Virus record (IMG/VR): IMGVR_UViG_3300037086_000360
Location: 186,112 to 250,111 of that record
DNA: 64,000 nucleotides
Direction: 5' to 3' (one strand)
The number at the start of each line of letters is the position of its first letter. Position 1 is the stretch's first letter. The position numbers and the translations under genes were made by a program. The notes beneath the pieces are model-generated. The model saw only the letters and a list, made by a program, of their open reading frames with translations. It was not told where the DNA came from and searched no databases. Shown here one piece after another: positions 49,492 through 60,561 of the stretch.

Positions 49492-50172
49492 ATGAATAGG
49501 TACTCAGCCTCCAAAATAAAAACGTTTGAGACATGTAGACTGCAATTCAAACTACACTATATTGAAAACATCGAAGTAGAAAAACCAGTCTCACCAGACA
49601 CAGAATTTGGTTCTCTCATCCACAAAGCAGCAGAGATTTATAATGGATCCAATCTCACTGAAGTGGTAAAGCTTACAAGAGATTACCATCTCAATGAAGC
49701 ATACAAGAGAGAAATAGCCCACACATTAAGAAATCTTTTTGTGTTCAGTCAGAAATACAAACACGTCGATGAAAAAAGAGAGCTTGAAATTGAATGGAAA
49801 ACGGATGACATTTGGTTATATGGCTTTGCCGACAAGTTGATCGATAATAACCAACTCATTTGCATTGACTACAAAACAGCAAAATACGCCGACACTTCAA
49901 GATTCATGTTCCAAATGAGACTCTATAATCTCATCCTCTCTCACGTCTATCAAAAAGATCCCGACAAAATCAGATTTGTTGTCTATTTTCCAAGAATAGA
50001 TACTGAAGAGAAGATTCTTTTTTCAAAGAAGGAAATCATTCTCTTTGAGAGTGACATAAGGAAAAAGATCACTACAATAGAATCTAACACCGATTGGAAC
50101 CCAGCTCCTGGATACCATTGTAGATGGTGTCAATACTGTAAAGGCACCAATTGTGATGTTGGAAAGTGTTAG
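49492..50172 (+). CDS. PD-(D/E)XK nuclease (RecB/Cas4-like)
   Basis: SASKIKTFETC...GFADKL...IDYKT...QMRLY...CRWCQYC...C. Confidence 0.88.
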   Translation: MNRYSASKIKTFETCRLQFKLHYIENIEVEKPVSPDTEFGSLIHKAAEIYNGSNLTEVVKLTRDYHLNEAYKREIAHTLRNLFVFSQKYKHVDEKRELEIEWKTDDIWLYGFADKLIDNNQLICIDYKTAKYADTSRFMFQMRLYNLILSHVYQKDPDKIRFVVYFPRIDTEEKILFSKKEIILFESDIRKKITTIESNTDWNPAPGYHCRWCQYCKGTNCDVGKC

Positions 50173-50181
50173 GAGAACAAA

Positions 50182-50865
50182 ATGACTCAGAATCCTATAA
50201 CAACAGCGACACTTATTCGTAATAAACTTGCCTCGATGGATGAATCCACGATTCAATGGTTCCATGAAAAGGGGATTATGGTAAGTGGAGACGGAAATGG
50301 TGTTTTTTTTCTGAAAGCAGACGTTGGAGCCCACACTTCTGAACTTACTACTATTTGTGGAAAAGGGCTCGTATATTCTGTCCCTCATCTCGTTATCTTC
50401 TCAGGTACGAAACCGGCAAAATTGACCCTTGAAGAGGCAAAGGTTCTTCCATGGTTCATATGGAATGATAAGGTTATGTTCTTTCAGCATATTCCAGGTC
50501 AGCCAGTATATATGGGATGGGATCCAATCAAAAAGGATTGGTTATTTTCTGACGACAAGTCGTATACGACGCCCTATGAATCCATAATCAAAGACTCTCT
50601 TTACAATCGACAAGCTGCTGAATATAACTTCACATTCTGTTTTAAACTAGCTGTGAATGGGCACATTTTTCTTGAGAGTGTCTATAATAACAAGACTTGC
50701 AGGTCTATTCCACTAGATCAAACTCAATTCTATGCCTATAAGTTTAAGATTGAATACCCAAATATGTACGCATTTGAGGGTTTTGAAAAGCTTGAAGAAG
50801 GAGATTTTCCTCTTATTGCTAGAGATATGTCGGAAAATATGATCCATTTGACGAGTATGAAATGA
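50182..50865 (+). CDS. Hypothetical protein, possibly a degenerate RNA ligase 1 fold
   Basis: CGKGLVY, W.FS, FTFCFKL and FLESVYNNKT echo Rnl1 spacing, but there is no KxDG. Confidence 0.4.
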   Translation: MTQNPITTATLIRNKLASMDESTIQWFHEKGIMVSGDGNGVFFLKADVGAHTSELTTICGKGLVYSVPHLVIFSGTKPAKLTLEEAKVLPWFIWNDKVMFFQHIPGQPVYMGWDPIKKDWLFSDDKSYTTPYESIIKDSLYNRQAAEYNFTFCFKLAVNGHIFLESVYNNKTCRSIPLDQTQFYAYKFKIEYPNMYAFEGFEKLEEGDFPLIARDMSENMIHLTSMK

Positions 50866-51614
50866 AATTTGTCAAAGCTTCAGACCAGCCTCTCCACGAA
50901 CACTTGCCTCCAAAGCTGCTGAAGCAAATGAATGGTAGCATTAATAGTCTTATGGACATAAAGCTTTATCCAAATGTGGCTATATATCTCATGAAGCCTG
51001 GAACCAAGGGCTATTTCAAATATATTGCAACTTTAGCAAACAATGGAATTGAGGCCGCTAGCTGGTCAATTAGGGTGTTTTTTACAAACAATTGTTGGAC
51101 TTTGCAGGTAGCCCCACATCCAGAGATAGATCCTCATCAAATAACAATTAACCTTTATGAAATTTTAGAAAATGTTAAAGATGATACTGTAAAAACTTAT
51201 GGTAATTTACATTTTGCCTCAATGACAACCACCACCAAATCAAAAATTGAAACAGTTGTTAATCTCTTCGTTGAAAAATTAGCGACTTGTAAAATACCTG
51301 GAGTTGAGTCCCAGCCAATCGATAAAAAATACTCAATGTCTTTTAGTAACTCTAAGTATCGAATACACTATAACCCTGTTGTTGTCAACCCTTTCAATGA
51401 AAAAAATGTAGCTAAATATAATGCTATACTAAGGGCATTAAAAAATAAGGCTCTTGATGAAAACGAATTGAAGTTTATCAATCGAATTTCAAAGAAGTTG
51501 GAGAGTGGAAAACCGCTCATAAAAAAAGAGCATAGATTATTTAATGAGATGAGTCAAGATCATCTCTCCCAAAATGAGAAGATAAAGATCGCATTAGCTT
51601 TTTTAACGGAGTAG
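50862..51614 (+). CDS. Hypothetical protein
   Basis: 250-aa coupled ORF. Confidence 0.6.
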   Translation: MKFVKASDQPLHEHLPPKLLKQMNGSINSLMDIKLYPNVAIYLMKPGTKGYFKYIATLANNGIEAASWSIRVFFTNNCWTLQVAPHPEIDPHQITINLYEILENVKDDTVKTYGNLHFASMTTTTKSKIETVVNLFVEKLATCKIPGVESQPIDKKYSMSFSNSKYRIHYNPVVVNPFNEKNVAKYNAILRALKNKALDENELKFINRISKKLESGKPLIKKEHRLFNEMSQDHLSQNEKIKIALAFLTE

Positions 51615-51624
51615 AAGATACCCT

Positions 51625-52386
51625 ATGAAAGGGATTTATAAAATAACGAATCTGATCAACGGCAAGGTCTATATTGGTAAAAGTGAAGTATCAATAGAAG
51701 ATAGATGGAAATATGCCGGAACTACTAACGAACATTTTGCCAACGCTATAAAGAAATATGGGATCAATAATTTCAAGTTCGAAGTTCTGATTGAAACTGA
51801 TCAACACCTGAATGAATTAGAGACACAATATATTCTAGAATACAAGTCGAATGATCAGCATTTTGGTTACAATAAGACTCTTGGCGGTGACGGCTGTCTA
51901 GCAACTGAAGAAACTAAGAAGAAAATGAGTGAGAATTGGACACCGAGAGAGCCTTGGAACAAAGGAAAGAAGACAAAGCCCCATTCTTCTGAAACAAAGC
52001 TAAGAATGAGTGCGTCTCACAAGGGAAAGACCACTGGCCCACATTCAGAAGAGAGAAAACGAAAGAATAGTGAATCACATATAGGCATATTTCCATCAGT
52101 AGAGACCCGTGCTAAGCAAAGTGCTTCTATGAGGGGTAAAAATACTGGTCCTAAGTCACTGGAGCATAGAAAAAGGCTTAGTGAGTCACACAAAGGTATT
52201 CCGACTTGGAATAAGGGCTTAAAAGCCTCTGAAGAGTTGAGAAAAACACTTAGTGAGGCCCACATGGGAATAAAAAATGACTACGAAGAGAGAATCTGTC
52301 CCTATTGTGGTAAAAAAGGTAAGGGTGGGGTGATGGTGAGATGGCATTTTGATAATTGCAAGTTGAAGGGAGCCGTGAGTGACTAA
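51625..52386 (+). mobile_element. GIY-YIG homing endonuclease with NUMOD3-like repeats
   Basis: GIYKITNLINGKVYIGKS, GYN.T.GG, repeated HSEE.K.K.S.(S/A)H.G. Confidence 0.9.
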
Positions 52387-53311
52387 TCTAATCATCGACA
52401 GCAATAATGTTTCCAGCATTTCCTATTTCAAAGCCAAGAGTATGGCCCATATGCGTGGAAATCTGACTGAGGATGAGGCCGGAAGACAGCGATTGTCCAA
52501 TTTTTCAACCTATCTCTATTTTCAAATGATTCATAGTTATATTAGCCAATTCAATCCTTCCAAAATGTACGTGGTGTGGGACGGCCCCTCTGGCAGCACA
52601 TGGAGGAAGGCGGCTTACCCAGATTACAAGGCAGGAAGGGATCATTCTGGTGACAATTTCTACAGACAATTCCAGGGCTCATGTGAGCAAGAAAGGTTGA
52701 TTTTATCAGCATATCCCATTTATCAGCTTCAAGTCGACGAGGCAGAAGCTGATGATTTGATATACTCGGTGTGTAAAATCTTATCCGCGGATGCTAAAAA
52801 TGATCAAATTGTGGTATCTGGGGATGGAGACATGCTTCAGCTTCCTCAGCATTTTTCTAATACCAAGATATGGAATCCCCGCAACAAACAATTCCAGGAC
52901 ACTCCAGCCTATGATGTTATTCTCTATAAGTCGATCACTGGAGACGGTAGCGATAGAATCACCGGCATTCCAGGCTTTGGAGCCAAAAGAGGCTTGAAAC
53001 TAATGGAAGACATGAAGAATGGCTCTGCTAAGGTGACTGATGAACAACTTGCCATTATCGCCAAGTTTAGGAACCTTGTCGATCTCTCTGCCAACCCATT
53101 TGAAGAGAAAAACAGAAACTCCATTATCGAACTGTTGGACAAAACTAAGATAACACTAGATCAAGATAGAATCCAACAGCTTTTCGTGAGGTATGAACTT
53201 AACGGCTTCATGAAGAGGTGGGCGTATATAAGAAAATTGCTCACGCAACTAGAAACGGAGGCAGCAAATGGAGGGGCAACAGAAAGTGAATCTGATCAAT
53301 TTCGGTGCTGA
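52379..53311 (+). CDS. 5'-3' exonuclease / T4 RNase H (FEN family)
   Basis: IIDSNN, VVWDG, WRK..YPDYKAGR, EADDLI, SGDGDMLQL, GDGSD.I.GIPG.G.KR. Confidence 0.93.
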   Translation: MTNLIIDSNNVSSISYFKAKSMAHMRGNLTEDEAGRQRLSNFSTYLYFQMIHSYISQFNPSKMYVVWDGPSGSTWRKAAYPDYKAGRDHSGDNFYRQFQGSCEQERLILSAYPIYQLQVDEAEADDLIYSVCKILSADAKNDQIVVSGDGDMLQLPQHFSNTKIWNPRNKQFQDTPAYDVILYKSITGDGSDRITGIPGFGAKRGLKLMEDMKNGSAKVTDEQLAIIAKFRNLVDLSANPFEEKNRNSIIELLDKTKITLDQDRIQQLFVRYELNGFMKRWAYIRKLLTQLETEAANGGATESESDQFRC

Positions 53312-53708
53312 ATTACACGAAGATGTGATCAAGGAGATAGAAGAGAAGCATAATGTAAAACTTAAGATGGTGTCTATCAAAGCATCTTTGAATCTAAAGA
53401 AGCATAGTACATATATTCAAGCTCACGATATTATTGAAAAAAATAAAAATTATTTTTGTGAAAATGATTTCTCTATCATCAATCTACCAGGACTTCCAAT
53501 CTTTGCGGCGTTCTTAATAACAGAAATCCATGCTCTGACAGGACGCTTTCCAATCATCGTGGAATGTCTAAAAGACTATTCACAAGATGGAATCTTCTCC
53601 CACTATAAATTCAAAAGACTCTATGATCTTGATAGAGAGCGAGTCCAATCACGTGAATATTTCAAGACGAGTTGCAAAGAACCTCGACAAGATTTAGAAG
53701 ATAAATAA
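53268..53708 (+). CDS. Csx15-like protein (stand-alone)
   Basis: LINF..EL, INLPGLPIFAAFLITEIHALTGRFP and Y....LYDL...R..SR match, from recall, the Csx15 pattern LLNFSHPL...VNxP....AAxLLAELHGRxGxFP. Confidence 0.75.
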   Translation: MEGQQKVNLINFGAELHEDVIKEIEEKHNVKLKMVSIKASLNLKKHSTYIQAHDIIEKNKNYFCENDFSIINLPGLPIFAAFLITEIHALTGRFPIIVECLKDYSQDGIFSHYKFKRLYDLDRERVQSREYFKTSCKEPRQDLEDK

Positions 53709-54640
53709 ATGGACGTCTTAGAGTTTTTCGATAAGGTGCGAGCCAATGGCTGGCGCAATAATATAGAAGCCGAAATCTCATACAGCTTTGACAAGCTATT
53801 GGAGAAACTTTCTGCGTCCAAGACCGAAATCGTAGAGAAAACTGCCAAACAGCTCGAAATCTTGGATCAATTCAAGAAAGAAGAGAAAGAAGAAATGACT
53901 TATTCTATCTTCGAGAAATGGATTGAGAGATTTATACGCAACACGATCATTGAAAGATTCGACAATAAGGAAAACGAAGAGTGAAAACGTTCAACGATTT
54001 TTCAAAAAAACTTGAAGAGACATCTGGTAGAGCTAAGGCTGCTTATGATAGAACTCATTGGAATATGGCGATTGGAGTAGTGACTCAGGTTGTTTTTGAC
54101 GACAAGGATGACGAAGCTATTGAAAAAGTCGCCCAAGAATCTGGATACGATCCAACTATCACAAAACTCGCTAAAGAAGTTTATAAAGAACTTAAGAACG
54201 ATCTCAAAAATATGAGAAAGTAAATGTTTTATTACATGACTCTCTATGACTATACAAAACCCAAACCATATCATCAACCAAAATTTGGAAAGAAAGAGGG
54301 GATAATTTGGATTGGTAAAAATCCAAACGAAGGATATAGGCCTGCTGGCCACGATGCTTTAAGTGAAGAACAGATGATTAAATCATATTTCAAATATATC
54401 TCACAAGGATATGTCTTTGAAATCAGAAAATAGGGGGAATACAAAAATGTGGAAAAAAGTATTAGGATGGATCTTGGCAGTTGTTCTTGGGCCACTACAC
54501 ATCGGTCTTTCATTTATCAGCAAGGCGGCTCAGAAGCTTTGGGGAGAATTGCTCCCTGAAATTCATGATGTTGAAGCTGCAATCAAGAAGTTTTTCAACC
54601 TTCCATAAGGAATAGGGCCCTTGAGGGCCCTTTTAACTAT

Positions 54641-55439
54641 AATGAACTTCACAGATTACATCGCCAAAACAGTCATTCAAAAACAAATCATCAAAAACAA
54701 CCCTCAAGATTTAAAGCCTATGATACCGGTCATGCAAAAGACTCGATCATATAAAGAAGTTGAAACTGTAAAACCAAAACAAAAGCTTAATCTTACTCTC
54801 ATGAGACATCGATTCGGAGAAGAAAAGGGCGAATGGAAGATGAAGTGGTACGTCCAATGGCCGTTCTTCACTCCTATAGATAAGTCGCTTTCTGCTGAAC
54901 AAGTTAAGGCTTTTGCTGAGGACTATCTTCATACGAGCAGCGAAAGAGGAGACGATAAATATATCCAAGTCGAATCTGCCGACAAAAACTATGTAATTTA
55001 TAAGTGGGACGTTGAAAGGTGGCTCAGTGATAACTTCAGATCTGTCGTTGTCAAATACCATCCACCGACCACTCTAGCCTACAAATTTAAAATCTCGGTC
55101 CCACTCTTCATTTTCAGTCATGCCTCTCCTTCCGATCTCTCTAGGTTTATCGGTGATAGATTCTCGAAATGGTTAGGCTCTCACAAATCAAAATTTGAAA
55201 CTAAATGGTTCGCTTTTCTCAAGAAAGTAACTCCTGATCTGTTTGACTGGACAACAGATTTCCAAATGGGTGAAATCAGAGCCTCCCTCAAATACTCCAT
55301 TATTCTTACCTCTCTCGCAGCCTACATGTTGTTCTTCCACAAGAAGAGTTTTGCTCCAAAGGAATTCAGCGGACTCAAAAAACAACTTACCAAACTCAGT
55401 TCCGTTGATGATTTGGAGAAAAATCTGAAAAATCTCTAA
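54641..55439 (+). CDS. Hypothetical protein
   Basis: Long ORF downstream of a GGGCCC hairpin. Confidence 0.6.
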
Positions 55440-55496
55440 CAACACAATCCAATCGAGTCTGAAAGATAAACTAAACATAAGGAAAGGGGGTGAGTT

Positions 55497-56012
55497 ATAC
55501 CACTGACGATCTACAAAGACAGTCGTTTTGTATACGCTAAGACATTCCATCCGAATGTCAAAAGGGACCGTCATAGGAAAGCACAAGAACTGAAGAGAAA
55601 GCAGTTACTTTATACTGAGAATTGGGATGAGATTCGACATAAAGTCTATGAGCGCGACGGCCATCGTTGTGTGATTTGTGGGAAGAGGGGCAAGCTACAT
55701 GCGCATCATATCGTTCCAGTCAAGTTGAGTCATGATAATAGCATGACCAACCTTGTGACCTTGTGCAATAAACACCACCTGAAATTGGAAAAGATTGGCT
55801 TTGCCATACTAGAAAGAGGCGGAGGAAGAACAGATGTAAGAAGGACAGAGCTTCAAATAATTATGGAAGCGAGAAAAGAACGCTTTCAAAAGCTGATCGA
55901 GAATCGTGATAAAATAGAGTCAAAGGAGAAAATACTTGAGCGACCAGTTGCAAATGAAAGCGATGCTTCAGATCATAAAGACGCTGAAGGAAATGTCGCA
56001 GAAAATGGATAA
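55497..56012 (+). CDS. HNH endonuclease with a probable non-ATG start
   Basis: W..IR..V.ERDGHRCVICG...HAHHIVP...NLVTLCNKHH; the frame is open back to 55494 with no ATG. Confidence 0.8.
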   Translation: MPLTIYKDSRFVYAKTFHPNVKRDRHRKAQELKRKQLLYTENWDEIRHKVYERDGHRCVICGKRGKLHAHHIVPVKLSHDNSMTNLVTLCNKHHLKLEKIGFAILERGGGRTDVRRTELQIIMEARKERFQKLIENRDKIESKEKILERPVANESDASDHKDAEGNVAENG

Positions 56013-56084
56013 CATTGCGGAGGTCATGGATACTTTGCTTGATATTGAAGTCAAGAAGGTCGAGGCCGAAAAAAGAGGATTCTA

Positions 56085-57791
56085 ATGAAAATAGAAAAAC
56101 TTGTAAGCCATCTCGCTGAGAAAGAAGCGCTCGAACTCAAAAACATCGTCGATGACATTAGAGACGAAAAAACTCTTTTGAAGGTTGTGGCCGACGTTGC
56201 AAAAATTTACGATGATTGCTGCATGGCCAAAAATCGCAATTTGATAGAGTCGACGTGCGTGCATAATAGAGCTCGAAAGTATTTGGATGGGAATAAGGAG
56301 GACTAAATGAATACTGAAGAAAATAGAGAGCTAAAAAATTTGGATGAGTATTTGAATGAACTCGAATACGTCGATTTTCAGGGAGATCCAGATCCAGCTA
56401 AACAAATGAAGGCTCAACTAATCAAGAATATTGGTCTCGAGGGACTCACGGTGAAGGAACTACCAGATGAACAGTATCAATTGACCTGGAAAGGAAAAAC
56501 AGAAACCTACGATTTCGAAAATCTTTTGAAAAAATTGATTGAGCTTGCTAAAACCACTACTGCCGCTGAGCGCAAGGCACAAGCCCAGCCAACACCTCCG
56601 TCTCCAGCACCGGCTCCAGTAAAGGCGAACGTACCGGCTCAAGTTCAGGTATAAGAAATGGAACTAGATAATTTGATCGAGAAGATAAAGGAACAACCCT
56701 TTATCACCTACAAAAAAATTGTTGGTGAGATCAAGGACGAAGCAACTCTCAAAAAGATTATCACAGATCTTTCTAAAATCTATGACGATTGTTGCATGGC
56801 TGTTGCTTTGAGGCCAGTGAATCCTGATTGCATTCACATCAAAGCTCGCAAAGCTCTTGCTGAAGAGGAGGGCAAATAAGATGGAATTAGATAGATTTTC
56901 CACTCATCTTGAAAAGATGGATGAGTTCATAGATCCAATGGTTGCCGGAGAACTTATAGGTACAGCCATAAGTCTACCTCTCTGTGCTTTGCTTGGTTTT
57001 GTTCTTGGGGCATATGGCCGCGCAAATCTATTAAAAAAAGATGATGTGACGGCTACAGCATATCTCAAAGATGCTATCAAGACATTTTTTCAAAAGGGAG
57101 ATCTCAGAAAACACATGAAGAATGTAGATAAAGAGACTCTTACACAGATGACTAAAAAGCATAGGAAACTTGCTGACAGTATGCGAACATATATTAAGAA
57201 GCCTAACGATTATGATCTGTACGAAATGGCTGGATATCTCCAGCGCATGAGCAAAGAAGATCGAGAAGAAGCGATGAATATGATTAAAGGAAAAAGCTAA
57301 TGAACCTTAGTTTGGATCAAATAGTAAATGGTGCTATTGATAAAAAGGCACTAGAAAGACAGAGAAAGATTATCGCTCGACACGATTACACCAACCCAAA
57401 GAAAGTTGTTGAACCTATCAACTCCAACATTTCAGAGGAATTGGTTGGTGCCCCAGTGGGATTGCCCATTGCAGCACTAATCGATTATGTAAATAAGTGG
57501 GTTAGTGAATCAGCACTTCGAAAGAAGGATGATGTGACTACTATGGCCTATCTCAAAGAACGAATTCAAACATTCTTTGAAGAGGAGACATTGAAGAAGT
57601 ATATTAAGGAGCTTGATAAGGTTGCTATTATGAGAATAGCTGAGAAACATCAGAAACTTGGATCATCTATAAAATCGTATATTAAGGAACAAAACGAGGA
57701 CGCTCTGGAAGGAATGGTGAAATACTTTTTAAAAATGACTAAAGAAGAGCGTCGAGAAACTATGAAACTGATTAGAGGAGAAAGTAAATGA
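56085..57791 (+). other. Two paralog pairs (56085/56658 and 56857/57300) plus 56307
   Basis: KIYDDCCM...C.H..ARK shared by the first pair; KKDDVT..AYLK..I.TFF shared by the second. Confidence 0.7.
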
Positions 57792-58201
57792 ACCTAGAAG
57801 AATTGTTGAACAGTGTTCTTGGCGAAGCTATGGGAAAGAAGGAGAAGAAGGGCAAGAAGGATCATTGTGAGTGTGGTGAGAAGATGGGAAAAGATGGAAA
57901 ATGTCCAAAGTGTGACGGCGACGAAGACGAAAAGTAAATATATAACTAACGGAGAACTCTAATGGCAGAAGACAACAAGGGCGTTGTCGCGCAGTACAAT
58001 AAAAGTCCTGTCACTCAGCGTGATTATTACTATGATTACGAAACGACTGATAAGGAAGCAAAAGATAAGTATGCGGACAGTATGTTTAATCTCAAGAAAA
58101 CAAATGATGGACTCAAGAAAGAACTCGAGTCTGAGAAGGCTGCAAAGTGGAAAGAAGAAAAAGTTGAGGTAGAACAAAAGCCCATTACGAAAAAGTAGTA
58201 A

Positions 58202-58819
58202 ATGAATGTTTTATATAATGCTTTGGTACAAACCCTCAGAAAGCAATATGGCGCTAACTCGAGGGTTGTGCCGTTCGCTTTAGGAAGAGTCTATGAATGT
58301 GCCTACAGAAACTGGAAACACGATCCTAGCCCTCTTGTTTTTATAGTAGGCTCGGACGCATTTCACACAATAGGCATCAACATTCACTATGTAAGGGGTT
58401 TTGAAACAAATCTGATACAGTTTATAATGTTGCTCAGAAACTCTCAAGCACTGATCAATGGTCTTACATTGTACCAGCTCCTAAAAACAAGAATTCCTAT
58501 GATCCCCCAACTTGCATGCAGAATGTATTTTACTGCAATGTTGAGAGGAAGATTGGTTAGTGATGGAATTTCCCAGATTCCATCTCCCAATGTAGCAACC
58601 TTTATAAGAGATCCTTGGGTGAGAAGATTAAATAATTTGATCAGACCAAGGATTTTTTCCTTTAGAAAAACTGAAGTGAATCCGCAGGATGCAGCATCAA
58701 TAAGAAGTCAAGCTATTCAAACTCAATATAATGCCGACGCGGCAAAACCTTTTGCAAATAGAAATCAAGGAAATATAGTTCAGTATCTGCCTCCTGAAGA
58801 AGGAGAGGGGAATAAGTAA
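58202..58819 (+). CDS. DNA end protector-like protein (T4 gp2 family)
   Basis: Y..Y...K.D..PLVF......IGINIHY...R.Y motif. Confidence 0.6.
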   Translation: MNVLYNALVQTLRKQYGANSRVVPFALGRVYECAYRNWKHDPSPLVFIVGSDAFHTIGINIHYVRGFETNLIQFIMLLRNSQALINGLTLYQLLKTRIPMIPQLACRMYFTAMLRGRLVSDGISQIPSPNVATFIRDPWVRRLNNLIRPRIFSFRKTEVNPQDAASIRSQAIQTQYNADAAKPFANRNQGNIVQYLPPEEGEGNK

Positions 58820-60552
58820 TGGCTCTCAAAGACCCAGCTCCATGTAATTGGCTTGATGAAGGTAGAATCACGGCGAATTCTTATCCATATCTCGAGGTCA
58901 CCTTTGGACAAAGTGAAGATATGGATAAGGATCCACCGAAGGGCGCCACCCGTTGGCCGCGCTTTACAATTTCTAGTGAATTTTACAAAAATGCAACTCA
59001 AAATGACAAAATGACTGGTGGCGCGGGCATCATCGATGCTGAAATTGAAGGATTCTCTCCAGGAGCAAGAAACGGTCACATCTCAATCATCGATCCAACT
59101 GGAGCTTGGGCGAGCGCTATTCAGAAAATCACATCACAAGATTATTCTATGATGGGATATGCACCAGGAGCCAATATTCATCTAACCTATGGATGGAAAT
59201 ATTTGGCTCTCGGACCAAATATGGAAGGAAAACAAGATCGAGATTATTTAGCACACTTAGATGCCCTGTATTTAGACTCTGCATTTGATTTAACTGATGA
59301 TGGTGTTATGACGGTTAAAATTAACTTTGTTGAATTCGCTTCTCGAATTGTTGATATGATCAAATTTTCAAGTCCAGATGATATGATGGTTGGAAACACC
59401 CATAGTCTTTTTGATGGTGGTAAAAGCGATATTAAAGATCATGTGCCCCAAAATCTAATGAAGTATTTGCTCAACACCGACAGCCAAAATACTAGTGCCG
59501 CGAAAGCGTTATTCAAACATAATGTTGAGATTGTTTTTTTGGGGGCAAATGAAACAAAGGAAATGAACAAGGATAAGTGGCCAGACATCAGATTTTCCAC
59601 CACGCTTACCAGTTGGATTAATGCTCTTACTTCGATAATGGAAAGAAAAGATGCACCAGCGAGCAGTTCTCCTGAGAAATTTACATATTCATATGAAAAA
59701 TTTTTGACCATCAAGTGGTCAAAAAACTTAAAAAATTCATCCATGGATGCAATTGCTGGTAAAATAGGAGATCTCAATTTAAAAGAGGGCTTTAATTACG
59801 TTTTCTATGATTGGAGAGCTTCTCCAGAGGATGCAGGAGATACAAAAGATCAAAACTCTCCCATCATTCCAAATGCCATGATAATGTGGGCTGGCCCCAC
59901 TCTCTTATATAAAGGGATGAGAAAAAAGGGAAGTGAAAAGGTATTGTTGGGGTGGACGTCTGATCTATCATCTTATCCAGCTATTCTCCAACTTCTAGGT
60001 ACAACTCTAAATTCTACGATGAAAACTTATGTAGAAGATGATTGGAAGAATCTTGAATCAGCATTGAACAAGGGGTATATCGAGAATAATACTAGCAAAC
60101 ATACAACTCCATATATTGCTTCCCAGACGGCGGCCTATGCAGTAGGCGATGGAGGTGCGGGTGAAGTAGATACTCAAGCTGCTCTGAAAATGATAAATAG
60201 TTTGGGTTCATCTACAGATCAACAAAATGGTGCAATGTTATCTATGAATTCAAATGCACAGATCAGATCTGTTATTAGAAATAATCTTTTCAACGCTACG
60301 GCCACAATAATGGGTGATCCATCAATGGGGTATTTATTTATACCGATGAGTAGTGTTCTTGTTACAGACTTTAGTGCAGTGAGTGCTTTGGCTTCCGATT
60401 TTTTTAGTAGAGGATGGTATTTGGGAACTTCAACTCATAAGTTTGAAGCTGGAAAATATACAACCGAATTGAAAATTGTAGGATTCCCCAGTGTGAATTC
60501 GCCGGTAGGTGATAAGGATGCTGAGAAATTGTGGGAAATGCAACATACTTGA
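58819..60552 (+). CDS. Putative baseplate hub / tail structural protein
   Basis: C-terminal ATIMGDPS...WY...STHKFEAGKYTTELKI resembles hub proteins; adjacent to the tape measure. Confidence 0.5.
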   Translation: MALKDPAPCNWLDEGRITANSYPYLEVTFGQSEDMDKDPPKGATRWPRFTISSEFYKNATQNDKMTGGAGIIDAEIEGFSPGARNGHISIIDPTGAWASAIQKITSQDYSMMGYAPGANIHLTYGWKYLALGPNMEGKQDRDYLAHLDALYLDSAFDLTDDGVMTVKINFVEFASRIVDMIKFSSPDDMMVGNTHSLFDGGKSDIKDHVPQNLMKYLLNTDSQNTSAAKALFKHNVEIVFLGANETKEMNKDKWPDIRFSTTLTSWINALTSIMERKDAPASSSPEKFTYSYEKFLTIKWSKNLKNSSMDAIAGKIGDLNLKEGFNYVFYDWRASPEDAGDTKDQNSPIIPNAMIMWAGPTLLYKGMRKKGSEKVLLGWTSDLSSYPAILQLLGTTLNSTMKTYVEDDWKNLESALNKGYIENNTSKHTTPYIASQTAAYAVGDGGAGEVDTQAALKMINSLGSSTDQQNGAMLSMNSNAQIRSVIRNNLFNATATIMGDPSMGYLFIPMSSVLVTDFSAVSALASDFFSRGWYLGTSTHKFEAGKYTTELKIVGFPSVNSPVGDKDAEKLWEMQHT

Positions 60553-60561
60553 AGAAATTAA

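Noticed and set aside
50170-50184. Amber read-through fusion of the nuclease to the next ORF
   Set aside because: They are in frame, but the TAG is part of the AGGAG SD of the next gene, which explains its use.
49492-53708. CRISPR-cas locus (Cas4-like plus Csx15-like)
   Set aside because: No repeat-spacer array or other cas genes anywhere in the window.
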